A DNA stretch of 63,489 nt, filler included, from Octopus bimaculoides (Eukaryota), in the NCBI RefSeq assembly GCF_001194135.2. It is 4 parts of 4 records of this genome, joined end to end, with 100 filler letters (N's around TTAATTAATTAA, not from the genome) between each part and the next. Parts side by side here need not be neighbours in the genome. Positions count along the whole stretch, not along the records: positions 1 to 26,695 come from NC_069010.1; 3 more parts are not named here. One strand, written 5' to 3'. The notes under the pieces were generated by a model. That model did no database searches. It saw only the letters and a program-made list of their open reading frames with translations, and had not been told where the DNA came from. A program made the translations under genes and the position numbers. Positions within the stretch are counted from its first letter, which is position 1. Each line of letters opens with the position of its first letter. Below are positions 10,070 through 19,890 of this stretch, piece after piece.

Positions 10070-12425
10070 NNNNNNNNNNNNNNNNNNNNNNNNNNNNNNN
10101 NNNNNNNNNNNNNNNNNNNNNNNNNNNNNNNNNNNNNNNNNNNNNNNNNNNNNNNNNNNNNNNNNNNNNNNNNNNNNNNNNNNNNNNNNNNNNNNNNNNN
10201 NNNNNNNNNNNNNNNNNNNNNNNNNNNNNNNNNNNNNNNNNNNNNNNNNNNNNNNNNNNNNNNNNNNNNNNNNNNNNNNNNNNNNNNNNNNNNNNNNNNN
10301 NNNNNNNNNNNNNNNNNNNNNNNNNNNNNNNNNNNNNNNNNNNNNNNNNNNNNNNNNNNNNNNNNNNNNNNNNNNNNNNNNNNNNNNNNNNNNNNNNNNN
10401 NNNNNNNNNNNNNNNNNNNNNNNNNNNNNNNNNNNNNNNNNNNNNNNNNNNNNNNNNNNNNNNNNNNNNNNNNNNNNNNNNNNNNNNNNNNNNNNNNNNN
10501 NNNNNNNNNNNNNNNNNNNNNNNNNNNNNNNNNNNNNNNNNNNNNNNNNNNNNNNNNNNNNNNNNNNNNNNNNNNNNNNNNNNNNNNNNNNNNNNNNNNN
10601 NNNNNNNNNNNNNNNNNNNNNNNNNNNNNNNNNNNNNNNNNNNNNNNNNNNNNNNNNNNNNNNNNNNNNNNNNNNNNNNNNNNNNNNNNNNNNNNNNNNN
10701 NNNNNNNNNNNNNNNNNNNNNNNNNNNNNNNNNNNNNNNNNNNNNNNNNNNNNNNNNNNNNNNNNNNNNNNNNNNNNNNNNNNNNNNNNNNNNNNNNNNN
10801 NNNNNNNNNNNNNNNNNNNNNNNNNNNNNNNNNNNNNNNNNNNNNNNNNNNNNNNNNNNNNNNNNNNNNNNNNNNNNNNNNNNNNNNNNNNNNNNNNNNN
10901 NNNNNNNNNNNNNNNNNNNNNNNNNNNNNNNNNNNNNNNNNNNNNNNNNNNNNNNNNNNNNNATAACTCCTGTGTTTAGCCAACCATGACCCTCACTAAA
11001 TAACGTTGGTCCTCACTAAGTTCTTCCTTCTTTAATTTCAGTATATTTCGTGTGTACTATGGTCAATGGCTACCATCAGCGCCGTGGCTGTCCTCTATGG
11101 TGTCTACAATATCCAGAATGGGGCCGTTGTCTCCCAGGCTGTGTCTGTCTTCTACATCACCGTTCACAGGACCGTGTGGGGGCTCTGTCTTGGTTGGGTC
11201 ATCTATGCCTGTTATACAGGATATGGAGGTGAGTGTTTATTTTTATGGGGCTTTTCTAAGTCGACCTCGGCGGAATTTGAACTCAGAACATAACAGCAGA
11301 CGAAATACCGTTAAGCATTTCGCCCAGCGTGTTAACGTTTCTGCCAGCTCGACGCCTTAGAGAAACATATAGAAACATTTCTGATAATGCCAGCACACAA
11401 GTTACAGATGCTTACATTTTTTGTGTTTTCCATGAAGTTTTCAAGGGATCAGTTAGTAATAATAATAATCTTTTCTACTATAGGCACAAGTCCTGAAGTT
11501 TGGGGGAAGGGGGCAGCTTGCTGCCTTAATAATCATCATCATCATCGTTTAACATCCGCTTTCCATGCTAGCATGGGTTGGATGATTTGACTGAGGACTG
11601 GTGAAACCAGATGGCTACACCAGGCTCCAATCTGATCTGGCAGAGTTTCTACAGCTGGATGGCCTTCCTAACGCCAACCACTCAGAGAGTGTAGTGGGTG
11701 CTTTTACGTGTCACCCGCACGAAGGCCAGTCAGGCGGTACTGGCAACGGCCACGCTCAAAATGGTATATTCTATGTGCCACCCACACAAGAGCCAGTCCA
11801 GCGGCACTGGCAACGATCTCGCTCGAAAATCCTATGAAGGCCAGTCAGGCGGTACATTATGATAATAAAGAAAAAAACTTGCATGATAATCAACATAGCA
11901 TGTCCCAGTATCAACAGAAACAATGATAAAGAAGAAAAACTGAACAACTATGACGATTTGAAGTGGGAAATAATAAGGTTTTATCTAGGGACAGATGTGC
12001 TATAAATGTGCTTATCTGAAAGAAGATGTCTTCTTAGGGGTACTTCACTGGGAGCAGTTGCACTATTGAGGTACCTATCAGAGACAGAGGGCACATGGTC
12101 ATATAAAAGTGTTTATTTGGGGGCAATTGTCGTATTAGGAATACATATCCAGGATTAGTTGTGTTTTAGGTACATATCTGAGGACAGCTGTGCCAAAGGA
12201 GACTTAGTTGGAGTGGACAGAGGTCTTAAACCATTCAAAGTTTCCCTTTGCTTTTCAATCTCTCACTCTCTGTTTCTTTCAGGTTTCGTGAACACCATTC
12301 TGTCCTGGAAAGCACTGATCCCTCTCAGCCGACTCACCTACACAGCCTACCTCATCCACCCCATCGTCTTGTTTTTCTATTTTCTCAGCCAGATGTACCC
12401 GACGTATGCGACACAAATCAATATT
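1087..12425 (+). CDS. Nose-resistant-to-fluoxetine-6-like / O-acyltransferase-like membrane protein (acyltransferase-3 family), partial: join(1087-1180,1791-1883,3515-3686,7608-7687,9036-9149,9648-9765,11042-11228,12283-12425)
   Basis: Eight exons with canonical AG/GT sites and matching phases (1001 nt; starts with a 2-nt split codon, ends phase 0). Family motifs in order: [94 protein letters not shown]. Confidence 0.93.
1190..1385. repeat. Degenerate (CAC/CAT/TAC)n trinucleotide tract
   Basis: Directly visible low-complexity run in intron 1; source of the 1173-1511 pseudo-ORF. Confidence 0.8.
1791..1883 (+). CDS. NRF-6-like exon B ([31 protein letters not shown])
   Basis: Long pyrimidine tract + TTACAG|, |GTAAGT donor; YIHRFWR motif. 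Confidence 0.92.
1925..2380 (-). mobile_element. Retroposon-like dispersed repeat with (AAT)n tail
   Basis: Complex sequence abutting an (ATT)n run at 1926-1959, as expected for a retroposon 3' tail on the - strand; family not identified. Confidence 0.45.
3515..3686 (+). CDS. NRF-6-like exon C ([57 protein letters not shown])
   Basis: TTTCTTCAG| and |GTAAGT; RLTP, GPFWP and CxxxWxxNLxYINN motifs. Confidence 0.93.
3915..4000 (+). mobile_element. SINE family D fragment
   Basis: GGTTCAAATTCCACCGAGGTCAACTTTGCC...AAGTACCAG with a Pol III B-box; same family at 11240, 15590, 35935, 54405, 60305. Confidence 0.75.
4120..4560 (+). mobile_element. Repeat family B (non-autonomous retroposon ending ...GGAAAGCGGACGTTAAA(CGAT)(GAT)n)
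   Basis: Near-identical copies at 11535-11840, 17058-17195, 22530-22965 and 26465-26695; internal ~45-bp subrepeats; short-repeat tail. Confidence 0.8.
4693..4819. mobile_element. 127-bp Tc1/mariner-type MITE nested in the Helitron 5' end
   Basis: 28-bp TIRs CAGGGTGTCCATAAAGTCTGGGTACATG / CATGTACCCAGACCTTGTGGACACCCTG (2 mismatches), flanked by TA on both sides. Confidence 0.85.
5252..5354 (-). pseudogene. Exon-like fragment encoding the UNG2-like PIP-box N-terminus [25 protein letters not shown] (ATG at 5326)
   Basis: TTTATCTCTCCAG| acceptor and |GTAAGT donor on - strand; QxxIxxFF PIP box; 11/18 identities to human UNG2 N-terminus MIGQKTLYSFFSPSPARK (recalled, not searched); no UNG catalytic exons visible in the window. 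Confidence 0.6.
6361..6656. mobile_element. 296-bp foldback of Penelope-like terminal sequence
   Basis: Arms 6361-6509 and 6517-6656 are near-perfect reverse complements around the 7-nt loop TCTTAGC; contains a hammerhead core. Confidence 0.7.
6456..6491 (-). ncRNA. Type I minimal hammerhead ribozyme motif (stem I damaged)
   Basis: CUGAAGA-A-GGAAU(UGUA)AUUCC-GAAA-UA-UC on - strand; palindromic AUAU stem III; AUC cleavage triplet. Confidence 0.55.
6800..7570 (-). mobile_element. Three tandem 3' ends of an RLE-type (Dong/R4-like) non-LTR retrotransposon, each within (TAA)n
   Basis: Bodies at 6819-7014, 7068-7141 (into gap) and 7318-7570; - strand translation [50 protein letters not shown] resembles the R4/Dong C-terminus (IxxGALG...QKxALLGTAxILRK). 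Confidence 0.75.
7608..7687 (+). CDS. NRF-6-like exon D ([27 protein letters not shown])
   Basis: TTGCAG| and |GTAAGT; [12 protein letters not shown], the family's signature motif. Confidence 0.93.
8034..8295 (+). mobile_element. tRNA-derived SINE family E with CORE-like domain
   Basis: A box TGGCTCAGTGG, B box GTTCGATTCC, then CTTGAGCAAGACACTT...TTGCTCC; reverse copy at 20950-21317. Confidence 0.75.
9036..9149 (+). CDS. NRF-6-like exon E ([38 protein letters not shown])
   Basis: CTCTTTCAG| and |GTAAGT; phases match neighbours; hydrophobic TM-like segment. Confidence 0.85.
9205..9368 (+). mobile_element. Penelope-like element terminal repeat fragment
   Basis: CACCTGATGAAGGCTGG...CAGCCGAAACGTT followed by an AT-rich tail, the usual layout of Penelope pseudo-LTRs. 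Confidence 0.65.
9224..9269 (+). ncRNA. Type I minimal hammerhead ribozyme motif
   Basis: GACAC-CUGAUGA-A-GGCUG(10-nt loop)CAGCC-GAAA-CG-UU-AUGUU; palindromic ACGU stem III; stem I has 4/5 pairs. Confidence 0.65.
9371..9640. repeat. Degenerate ~20-bp minisatellite (CCTAATTCCTGTTCTGACC-like), about 13 units
   Basis: Repeated CTAATT(C/T)(C/T)TGTT motif running up to the exon F acceptor. Confidence 0.75.
9648..9765 (+). CDS. NRF-6-like exon F ([39 protein letters not shown])
   Basis: GTTTCAG| and |GTAAGT; YxKPYxRxxPYxxG motif. Confidence 0.93.
11042..11228 (+). CDS. NRF-6-like exon G ([22 protein letters not shown]...[22 protein letters not shown])
   Basis: TTAATTTCAG| and |GTGAGT; RxxWxxxxxWVIxAC..GYGG motif. 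Confidence 0.93.
11240..11358 (-). mobile_element. SINE family D 5' part
   Basis: AGTCGACCTCGGCGGAATTTGAACTCAGAAC...CTGCCAGCTCGACGCC, the reverse of a tRNA-like head. Confidence 0.8.
11535..11840 (-). mobile_element. Repeat family B copy
   Basis: (CAT)n-CGTTTAACATCCGCTTTCCATGCTAGC...; reverse complement of the 4120-4560 copy. Confidence 0.8.
12283..12425 (+). CDS. NRF-6-like exon H ([47 protein letters not shown])
   Basis: TTCTTTCAG| and |GTAAGT; LSRLTYxAYLIHP motif. Confidence 0.93.
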
Positions 12426-12516
12426 GTAAGTATTACAATGGCAACAACAAGAACACTTTCTCTGTGTGCATATGTGAGTGAGTGTGTGTGACAGAGAGAG
12501 AGGGTGAGTGTATGTG

Positions 12517-12572
<56 letters not shown>

Positions 12573-13734
12573 NNNNNNNNNNNNNNNNNNNNNNNNNNNN
12601 NNNNNNNNNNNNNNNNNNNNNNNNNNNNNNNNNNNNNNNNNNNNNNNNNNNNNNNNNNNNNNNNNNNNNNNNNNNNNNNNNNNNNNNNNNNNNNNNNNNN
12701 NNNNNNNNNNNNNNNNNNNNNNNNNNNNNNNNNNNNNNNNNNNNNNNNNNNNNNNNNNNNNNNNNNNNNNNNNNNNNNNNNNNNNNNNNNNNNNNNNNNN
12801 NNNNNNNNNNNNNNNNNNNNNNNNNNNNNNNNNNNNNNNNNNNNNNNNNNNNNNNNNNNNNNNNNNNNNNNNNNNNNNNNNNNNNNNNNNNNNNNNNNNN
12901 NNNNNNNNNNNNNNNNNNNNNNNNNNNNNNNNNNNNNNNNNNNNNNNNNNNNNNNNNNNNNNNNNNNNNNNNNNNNNNNNNNNNNNNNNNNNNNNNNNNN
13001 NNNNNNNNNNNNNNNNNNNNNNNNNNNNNNNNNNNNNNNNNNNNNNNNNNNNNNNNNNNNNNNNNNNNNNNNNNNNNNNNNNNNNNNNNNNNNNNNNNNN
13101 NNNNNNNNNNNNNNNNNNNNNNNNNNNNNNNNNNNNNNNNNNNNNNNNNNNNNNNNNNNNNNNNNNNNNNNNNNNNNNNNNNNNNNNNNNNNNNNNNNNN
13201 NNNNNNNNNNNNNNNNNNNNNNNNNNNNNNNNNNNNNNNNNNNNNNNNNNNNNNNNNNNNNNNNNNNNNNNNNNNNNNNNNNNNNNNNNNNNNNNNNNNN
13301 NNNNNNNNNNNNNNNNNNNNNNNNNNNNNNNNNNNNNNNNNNNNNNNNNNNNNNNNNNNNNNNNNNNNNNNNNNNNNNNNNNNNNNNNNNNAATCATGAT
13401 CCATTTGACTTACAATCAAACATGCCACCTTTTTATTTGGACGTACTGTATCTAAACCTATGCATTTTCTAATATAATTAATCATAGCACCTCATTAAAA
13501 TTAAAAATTTTTGTATAAAAAAAATGAAATCGTTATCAGTCTCTTAATAATTATGATTATCATCGTTGTTCTTTAACCCTGGGTCACTCGTGAGCCAGTA
13601 AACCTACAATCAAACATTCCAACAATGACCATTCCATCTATCATGCCGACATATCAGGGGTTAGGATGAAAAGTTCCTGGATTTGGGTAAAAGAAAGCAG
13701 AGGAGGATCAGTTAATTTTGATTTTATTCAGCAT

Positions 13735-14300
13735 ATTCCCCTTATTGTAAGACTGGATCTCCCCGAGAACTACGTTAAGGGTACACGTGTCTGTGGAGTA
13801 CTCAGCCACTTGCACTTTAATTTTAAGAGCAGGCTGTTCCATTGATCGGATCAACTGGAACCCTCGACGTCGTGCCAACAAGAAACACATATGCAAACTA
13901 TAGTATATGGGAGATAACTCATACAATATTAGGAGTGTATGAGTTATCTCCCTTACACAATAATTCTTTTCCAGCCAAATTTCCTGGCTAACCACCTCCT
14001 CCATAGTTACCCTTTCACTCCTACCGCTACTCAGACGTAATCTCCCACGTCCAGTGTGTTGTGTGTGCGTAGAAGTTATTAGGCAGAACTTTCTCTCACT
14101 CTTTCTTCCTGTTTCTGTTGTGCCTGTAATTCAAAGGGTCAGCCTTGTCACGCTGAATCTCCCCGTGAACTACGTTAAGGGTACCCGTGTCTGTGGAGTA
14201 CTCAGCCACTTGCATTTTAATTTTACGAGCAGGCTGTTCCGTTGATCGGATCAACTGGAACCCTCGACGTCGTAAGCGACGGAGTGTCAACAACAAACGC
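13735..14300 (+). mobile_element. Two 3' fragments of SINE family C (13735-13885, 14060-14300)
   Basis: CCCCGAGAACTACGTTAAGGGTACACGTGTCTGTGGAG...GGAACCCTCGACGTCG in both. Confidence 0.75.
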
Positions 14301-14374
14301 AAACTGTAATGTAAGTTATCTCCCTTACACAATTTTTCTTCTTTTTTTTTTTTATCAGAACTTTATATAATCCT

Positions 14375-14737
14375 GTGGAGGCGCAACGGCCCAGTGGTTA
14401 AGGCAGGGGAGTCAAAGTCGTAGGATCGTGGTTTCGATTCCCGGACCTAGCGTTTTGAGTGTTTGAGTGAACACATCTAAAGCTTTGCAAGGCTCCAGCA
14501 GGGGATGGTGGCGAACCCTAGTATACTCTTCCCCCACAACTTTCTCTCTGTTTCTGTTGTACCTATATTTCAAAGGGGACAGCCTTGTCACGCTGAATCT
14601 CCCCCGACAACTACGTTAAGGGTACACGTGTCTGTGGAGTGCTCAGCCACTTGCACGTTAATTTCACGAGCAGCAGGCTGTTCCGTTGATTGGATCAACT
14701 GGAACCCTCGTCGTGGTAACCGATGGAGTGCCAACGA
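14375..14737 (+). mobile_element. Full-length tRNA-derived SINE family C
   Basis: A box GGCCCAGTGGTTAAG, B box GGTTTCGATTCCC; matches the 25421-25788 copy end to end. Confidence 0.8.
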
Positions 14738-14754
14738 CCATATATAATCCTCAT

Positions 14755-14900
14755 CACTACTTAACGTCCGTTTTCCATGCTGGCATGGGTTGGACGGTTT
14801 GACAGAAGCTGGCAAGCCGCACGAGGCTCCAGTCTGTTTTTGATTTGGTATCTATAGCTGGATGCCCTTCCTGACAATAACCACTTAACAGTGTATGATG
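14755..14900 (-). mobile_element. Repeat family B, diverged copy
   Basis: TTAACGTCCGTTTTCCATGCTGGCATGGGTTGGACG...CAGCTGGATGCCCTTCC-like sequence. Confidence 0.7.
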
Positions 14901-15087
14901 CAACATGCTTTTGCATAACACTGGTACGGGACTGTTGCAAACCAATCCTATTCACCAGGAGATGCAGCCCCAACACTTCTGTGGTGTAGTTTGGGTCTCC
15001 ATGAGGACAAGGTGCCAGGTATCTTAGTCCTGTCAGTACACGCACATGTGGTTGGGAAGCAAACAACTTACCATGCAGCTCGTGAAC

Positions 15088-15390
15088 CCACATGGCTTAG
15101 TGGTTAGGGGTATTCGCCTCACAATCACAAGTTCGATTCCTGACATTGTGTCCTTGAGCAAGACATTACTTCACATTGCTCCTGTCCACTCAACAAGCAA
15201 AAAGGAGTCATACTTGTATTTCAAAGGGCTGGCCTCGTCCAATTCTGTCTCATGCTGAATGCCCCCGAGAACTATGTTAAGGATACACGTATGTGTGTGT
15301 GTGTGTGTGGAGTGTCCAGCAACTCGGATGTTAATTTCACAAGCAAGCTGTTCTGTTGATCAGATCAGCTGGAAACCTCATCGTATCCAG
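15088..15390 (+). mobile_element. Chimeric SINE: family E head/CORE plus family C 3' half
   Basis: CACATGGCTTAGTGGTTAG...CCTTGAGCAAGACA followed by TTCAAAGGG...CCCCGAGAACTATGTTAAGG. Confidence 0.6.
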
Positions 15391-15589
15391 CGGATAGCCA
15401 GTTAATACCACCCGTGCCATGGTTTTGTTGCTGTCCCAGCTTATCATTCTCCTCCTGAAATCTGCTCACTTATCTCAGCAGCATTTTGCTGTTGACACCA
15501 CCAAAATGAATGAAGTTATCGATAATGGTGCGAAACTGTAATGACTTTCGGTCAACAACCGATTAGGGATGTGCACATCCACACAGTGT

Positions 15590-15820
15590 GTCTCATATTT
15601 TTTTATTGCCCACAAGGGGTTAAACATAAAGGGAACAAACAAGGACAGACAAAGGGATTAAGTCGATTACGTCGACCCACAGTGCATAACTGGAACTTAA
15701 TTTATCGACCCCGAAAGGATGAAAGGCAAAGTCGACCTCAGCGGAATTTGAACTCAGAACGTAACAGCAGCAGACAAAATACCACTAAGCATTTTGCCCG
15801 GTGTGCTGCCAGCTCACCAC
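15590..15820 (-). mobile_element. SINE family D
   Basis: TTTATCGACCCCGAAAGGATGAAAGGCAAAGTCGACCTCAGCGGAATTTGAAC. Confidence 0.8.
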
Positions 15821-17057
15821 CTTTCGTCCCACTTTACGTGTTGTAGTGCCATACGACTTTTTATTTGGGGTGGGGGATGTTTGTTCACGAAGTGAGGGTG
15901 GCGACAGTTATCTCCTTCATGCAATACATAACGGGTGTGAGAAGCACACTGAATAAACTAGCTGGAGATGTCTTCCTGGGGTTAAATGGCAATATGGTCA
16001 GAGGACAGCCACAAAGTGACCATAAGCAATGACAATTATATATATATATACAGTAATCACTCGCCTCATCACAGTTCACCTATCGTGTTCTCAGTACATC
16101 ACAGATTTTTCTGGCTAATATATGTAAATTTTTATCATGGGTTTCTGTGACCAATTGGTATTTATATCTTTTTAGATTTTAATAATTTCTGTGGTAAAAT
16201 AATCATTTTCACGCCTAAAAATTAATAGATCAAAATACAGTAATGTGCTGATTAACACTTTAATTAAAATATTTTTTTTAAAAATACGAAGCATATATAT
16301 ACATATATATATNNNNNNNNNNNNNNNNNNNNNNNNNNNNNNNNNNNNNNNNNNNNNNNNNNNNNNNNNNNNNNNNNNNNNNNNNNNNNNNNNNNNNNNN
16401 NNNNNNNNNNNNNNNNNNNNNNNNNNNNNNNNNNNNNNNNNNNNNNNNNNNNNNNNNNNNNNNNNNNNNNNNNNNNNNNNNNNNNNNNNNNNNNNNNNNN
16501 NNNNNNNNNNNNNNNNNNNNNNNNNNNNNNNNNNNNNNNNNNNNNNNNNNNNNNNNNNNNNNNNNNNNNNNNNNNNNNNNNNNNNNNNNNNNNNNNNNNN
16601 NNNNNNNNNNNNNNNNNNNNNNNNNNNNNNNNNNNNNNNNNNNNNNNNNNNNNNNNNNNNNNNNNNNNNNNNNNNNNNNNNNNNNNNNNNNNNNNNNNNN
16701 NNNNNNNNNNNNNNNNNNNNNNNNNNNNNNNNNNNNNNNNNNNNNNNNNNNNNNNNNNNNNNNNNNNNNNNNNNNNNNNNNNNNNNNNNNNNNNNNNNNN
16801 NNNNNNNNNNNNNNNNNNNNNNNNNNNNNNNNNNNNNNNNNNNNNNNNNNNNNNNNNNNNNNNNNNNNNNNNNNNNNNNNNNNNNNNNNNNNNNNNNNNN
16901 NNNNNNNNNNNNNNNNNNNNNNNNNNNNNNNNNNNNNNNNNNNNNNNNNNNNNNNNNNNNNNNNNNNNNNNNNNNNNNNNNNNNNNNNNNNNNNNNNNNN
17001 NNNNNNNNNNNNNNNNNNNNNNNNNNNNNNNNNNNNNNNNNNNNNNNNNNNNNNNNA

Positions 17058-17410
17058 GGAAGGGCATCCAGCTGTAGAAACTCTGCCAAATCAGATTGGA
17101 GCCTGGTTTCGCCTTCTGGTCCACCAGTCCTCAGTCAATCGTCCAACCCATGCTAGCATGGAAAGCGGACGTTAAACGACGATGATGATGATGATATATG
17201 TGTGTGTGTCTGTGTTTGTCCCCCCCAGCATTGGTTGACAACCGATGCTGGTGTGTTTACGTCCCCGTAACATTAGCGGTTTGGCAAAAGAGAAACCGAT
17301 AGAATATGTACTAGGCTTACAAAGAATAAGTCCTGGGGGGCCGATTTGCTCGACCAAAAAGGCGGTACTCCAGCATGGCCGCAGTCAAATGACTGAAACA
17401 AATACAAGAG
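17058..17410 (+). mobile_element. Repeat family B 3' end (17058-17195) followed by SINE A 3' half (17200-17410)
   Basis: Sequence identity to the other copies in this window. Confidence 0.75.
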
Positions 17411-18517
17411 TGTCCCATGGATGAGTAAACAAAGAATCGCACATATTACATGGAAAACAAAACTAGGGAGGTGAGGGTGGGGGTGTCGTTTTGCATTTAT
17501 AATAAAAAAAATATATANNNNNNNNNNNNNNNNNNNNNNNNNNNNNNNNNNNNNNNNNNNNNNNNNNNNNNNNNNNNNNNNNNNNNNNNNNNNNNNNNNN
17601 NNNNNNNNNNNNNNNNNNNNNNNNNNNNNNNNNNNNNNNNNNNNNNNNNNNNNNNNNNNNNNNNNNNNNNNNNNNNNNNNNNNNNNNNNNNNNNNNNNNN
17701 NNNNNNNNNNNNNNNNNNNNNNNNNNNNNNNNNNNNNNNNNNNNNNNNNNNNNNNNNNNNNNNNNNNNNNNNNNNNNNNNNNNNNNNNNNNNNNNNNNNN
17801 NNNNNNNNNNNNNNNNNNNNNNNNNNNNNNNNNNNNNNNNNNNNNNNNNNNNNNNNNNNNNNNNNNNNNNNNNNNNNNNNNNNNNNNNNNNNNNNNNNNN
17901 NNNNNNNNNNNNNNNNNNNNNNNNNNNNNNNNNNNNNNNNNNNNNNNNNNNNNNNNNNNNNNNNNNNNNNNNNNNNNNNNNNNNNNNNNNNNNNNNNNNN
18001 NNNNNNNNNNNNNNNNNNNNNNNNNNNNNNNNNNNNNNNNNNNNNNNNNNNNNNNNNNNNNNNNNNNNNNNNNNNNNNNNNNNNNNNNNNNNNNNNNNNN
18101 NNNNNNNNNNNNNNNNNNNNNNNNNNNNNNNNNNNNNNNNNNNNNNNNNNNNNNNNNNNNNNNNNNNNNNNNNNNNNNNNNNNNNNNNNNNNNNNNNNNN
18201 NNNNNNNNNNNNNNNNNNNNNNNNNNNNNNNNNNNNNNNNNNNNNNNNNNNNNNNNNNNNNNNNNNNNNNNNNNNNNNNNNNNNNNNNNNNATTTTGTCT
18301 TTGAAGTGTTTATTTATTTATTTATTTATTTATTATTATTGTTAGTTTTTTTTTTTAAATCTTTTTTTTTTTCAAAACAATTTTTTTTCAAAGGGACAAT
18401 AGGGCGGGGAGGGAATCATGTTTAAAAGATAATCAGGTGTGTGTGTCTGTGTGTGTGTGTGTGTATTTATACATAAGTGCGATATATATATGTGTATATA
18501 TACATGCGGGCACACAA

Positions 18518-18567
<50 letters not shown>

Positions 18568-18675
18568 ACTTTTGTATGCATGTCTTTTAATATACATTAT
18601 GTGTGTGTGTGTGTATGCATGTGTGCCTGATATATTTGTGCGCACACAAATATCTATAAATATACTGACTTTTGT

Positions 18676-18715
<40 letters not shown>

Positions 18716-18762
18716 CACACACTTGTGTGCATACATACACGTCTCTTTCTCTCTCTCTCTTT

Positions 18763-18794
<32 letters not shown>

Positions 18795-19151
18795 NNNNNN
18801 NNNNNNNNNNNNNNNNNNNNNNNNNNNNNNNNNNNNNNNNNNNNNNNNNNNNNNNNNNNNNNNNNNNNNNNNNNNNNNNNNNNNNNNNNNNNNNNNNNNN
18901 NNNNNNNNNNNNNNNNNNNNNNNNNNNNNNNNNNNNNNNNNNNNNNNNNNNNNNNNNNNNNNNNNNNNNNNNNNNNNNNNNNNNNNNNNNNNNNNNNNNN
19001 NNNNNNNNNNNNNNNNNNNNNNNNNNNNNNNNNNNNNNNNNNNNNNNNNNNNNNNNNNNNNNNNNNNNNNNNNNNNNNNNNNNNNNNNNNNNNNGGGGGG
19101 GAAACGGGTTTAGGGTAAGGAAAAGACAAACAAACATGCATTTGTGTATGC

Positions 19152-19204
<53 letters not shown>

Positions 19205-19712
19205 TATACAAACATGTTTTATGTGTATGAGTGTGCAAACGTTTGTGTATACACACGTGTACATATAGATATATGGTGTATAGGTGTGTATATACATACA
19301 CATGCATATACACACACATTCATAGACATGTTTATGAGAGAGAATGTACAAACACGTCCATATGTACACACACACACACGTGTGTATTATATATATGTAT
19401 GTAATGAGCACATATGTATATACATACTTATGTATGTATATTGAGTGTGCATATATACATGCATATACATTCATATAAACGAGTGTGCAAACTGTATGTA
19501 TACAGACAGACCTACAAACATGCCTGTATGTATACACGTGTGCGTGTATCTATATACATCCACACACATGTATATATATAGATAAGTACACAAACATACA
19601 TCCACACAGACATGTATGTGAGAGTGTTCAAACATGTTTATATGTATACACGTGTGTGTGTATTTATATACATACATATATGAATGTATGTGTATATAGA
19701 GACTTATATACA

Positions 19713-19750
<38 letters not shown>

Positions 19751-19841
19751 CATACATAGACGCATGCACAAATAGATATATGTCTAAATATACACATACA
19801 TACGCACACACACACATATATATATAATATAGAATACACAA

Positions 19842-19890
<49 letters not shown>

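Noticed and set aside
11601-11837. Recurrent [30 protein letters not shown]... (also 4258, 22488, 26555)
   Set aside because: It is a translation of repeat family B and has no conserved protein domain.
13975-14040. PNFLANHLLHSY... as the missing last acyltransferase exon
   Set aside because: Lacks the FExP/LEK C-terminal motif, stops after ~21 codons and sits among SINE fragments.
14375-14450. tRNA-like sequences with A and B boxes
   Set aside because: They continue into SINE bodies and do not fold as full cloverleaves; they are SINE heads, not tRNA genes.
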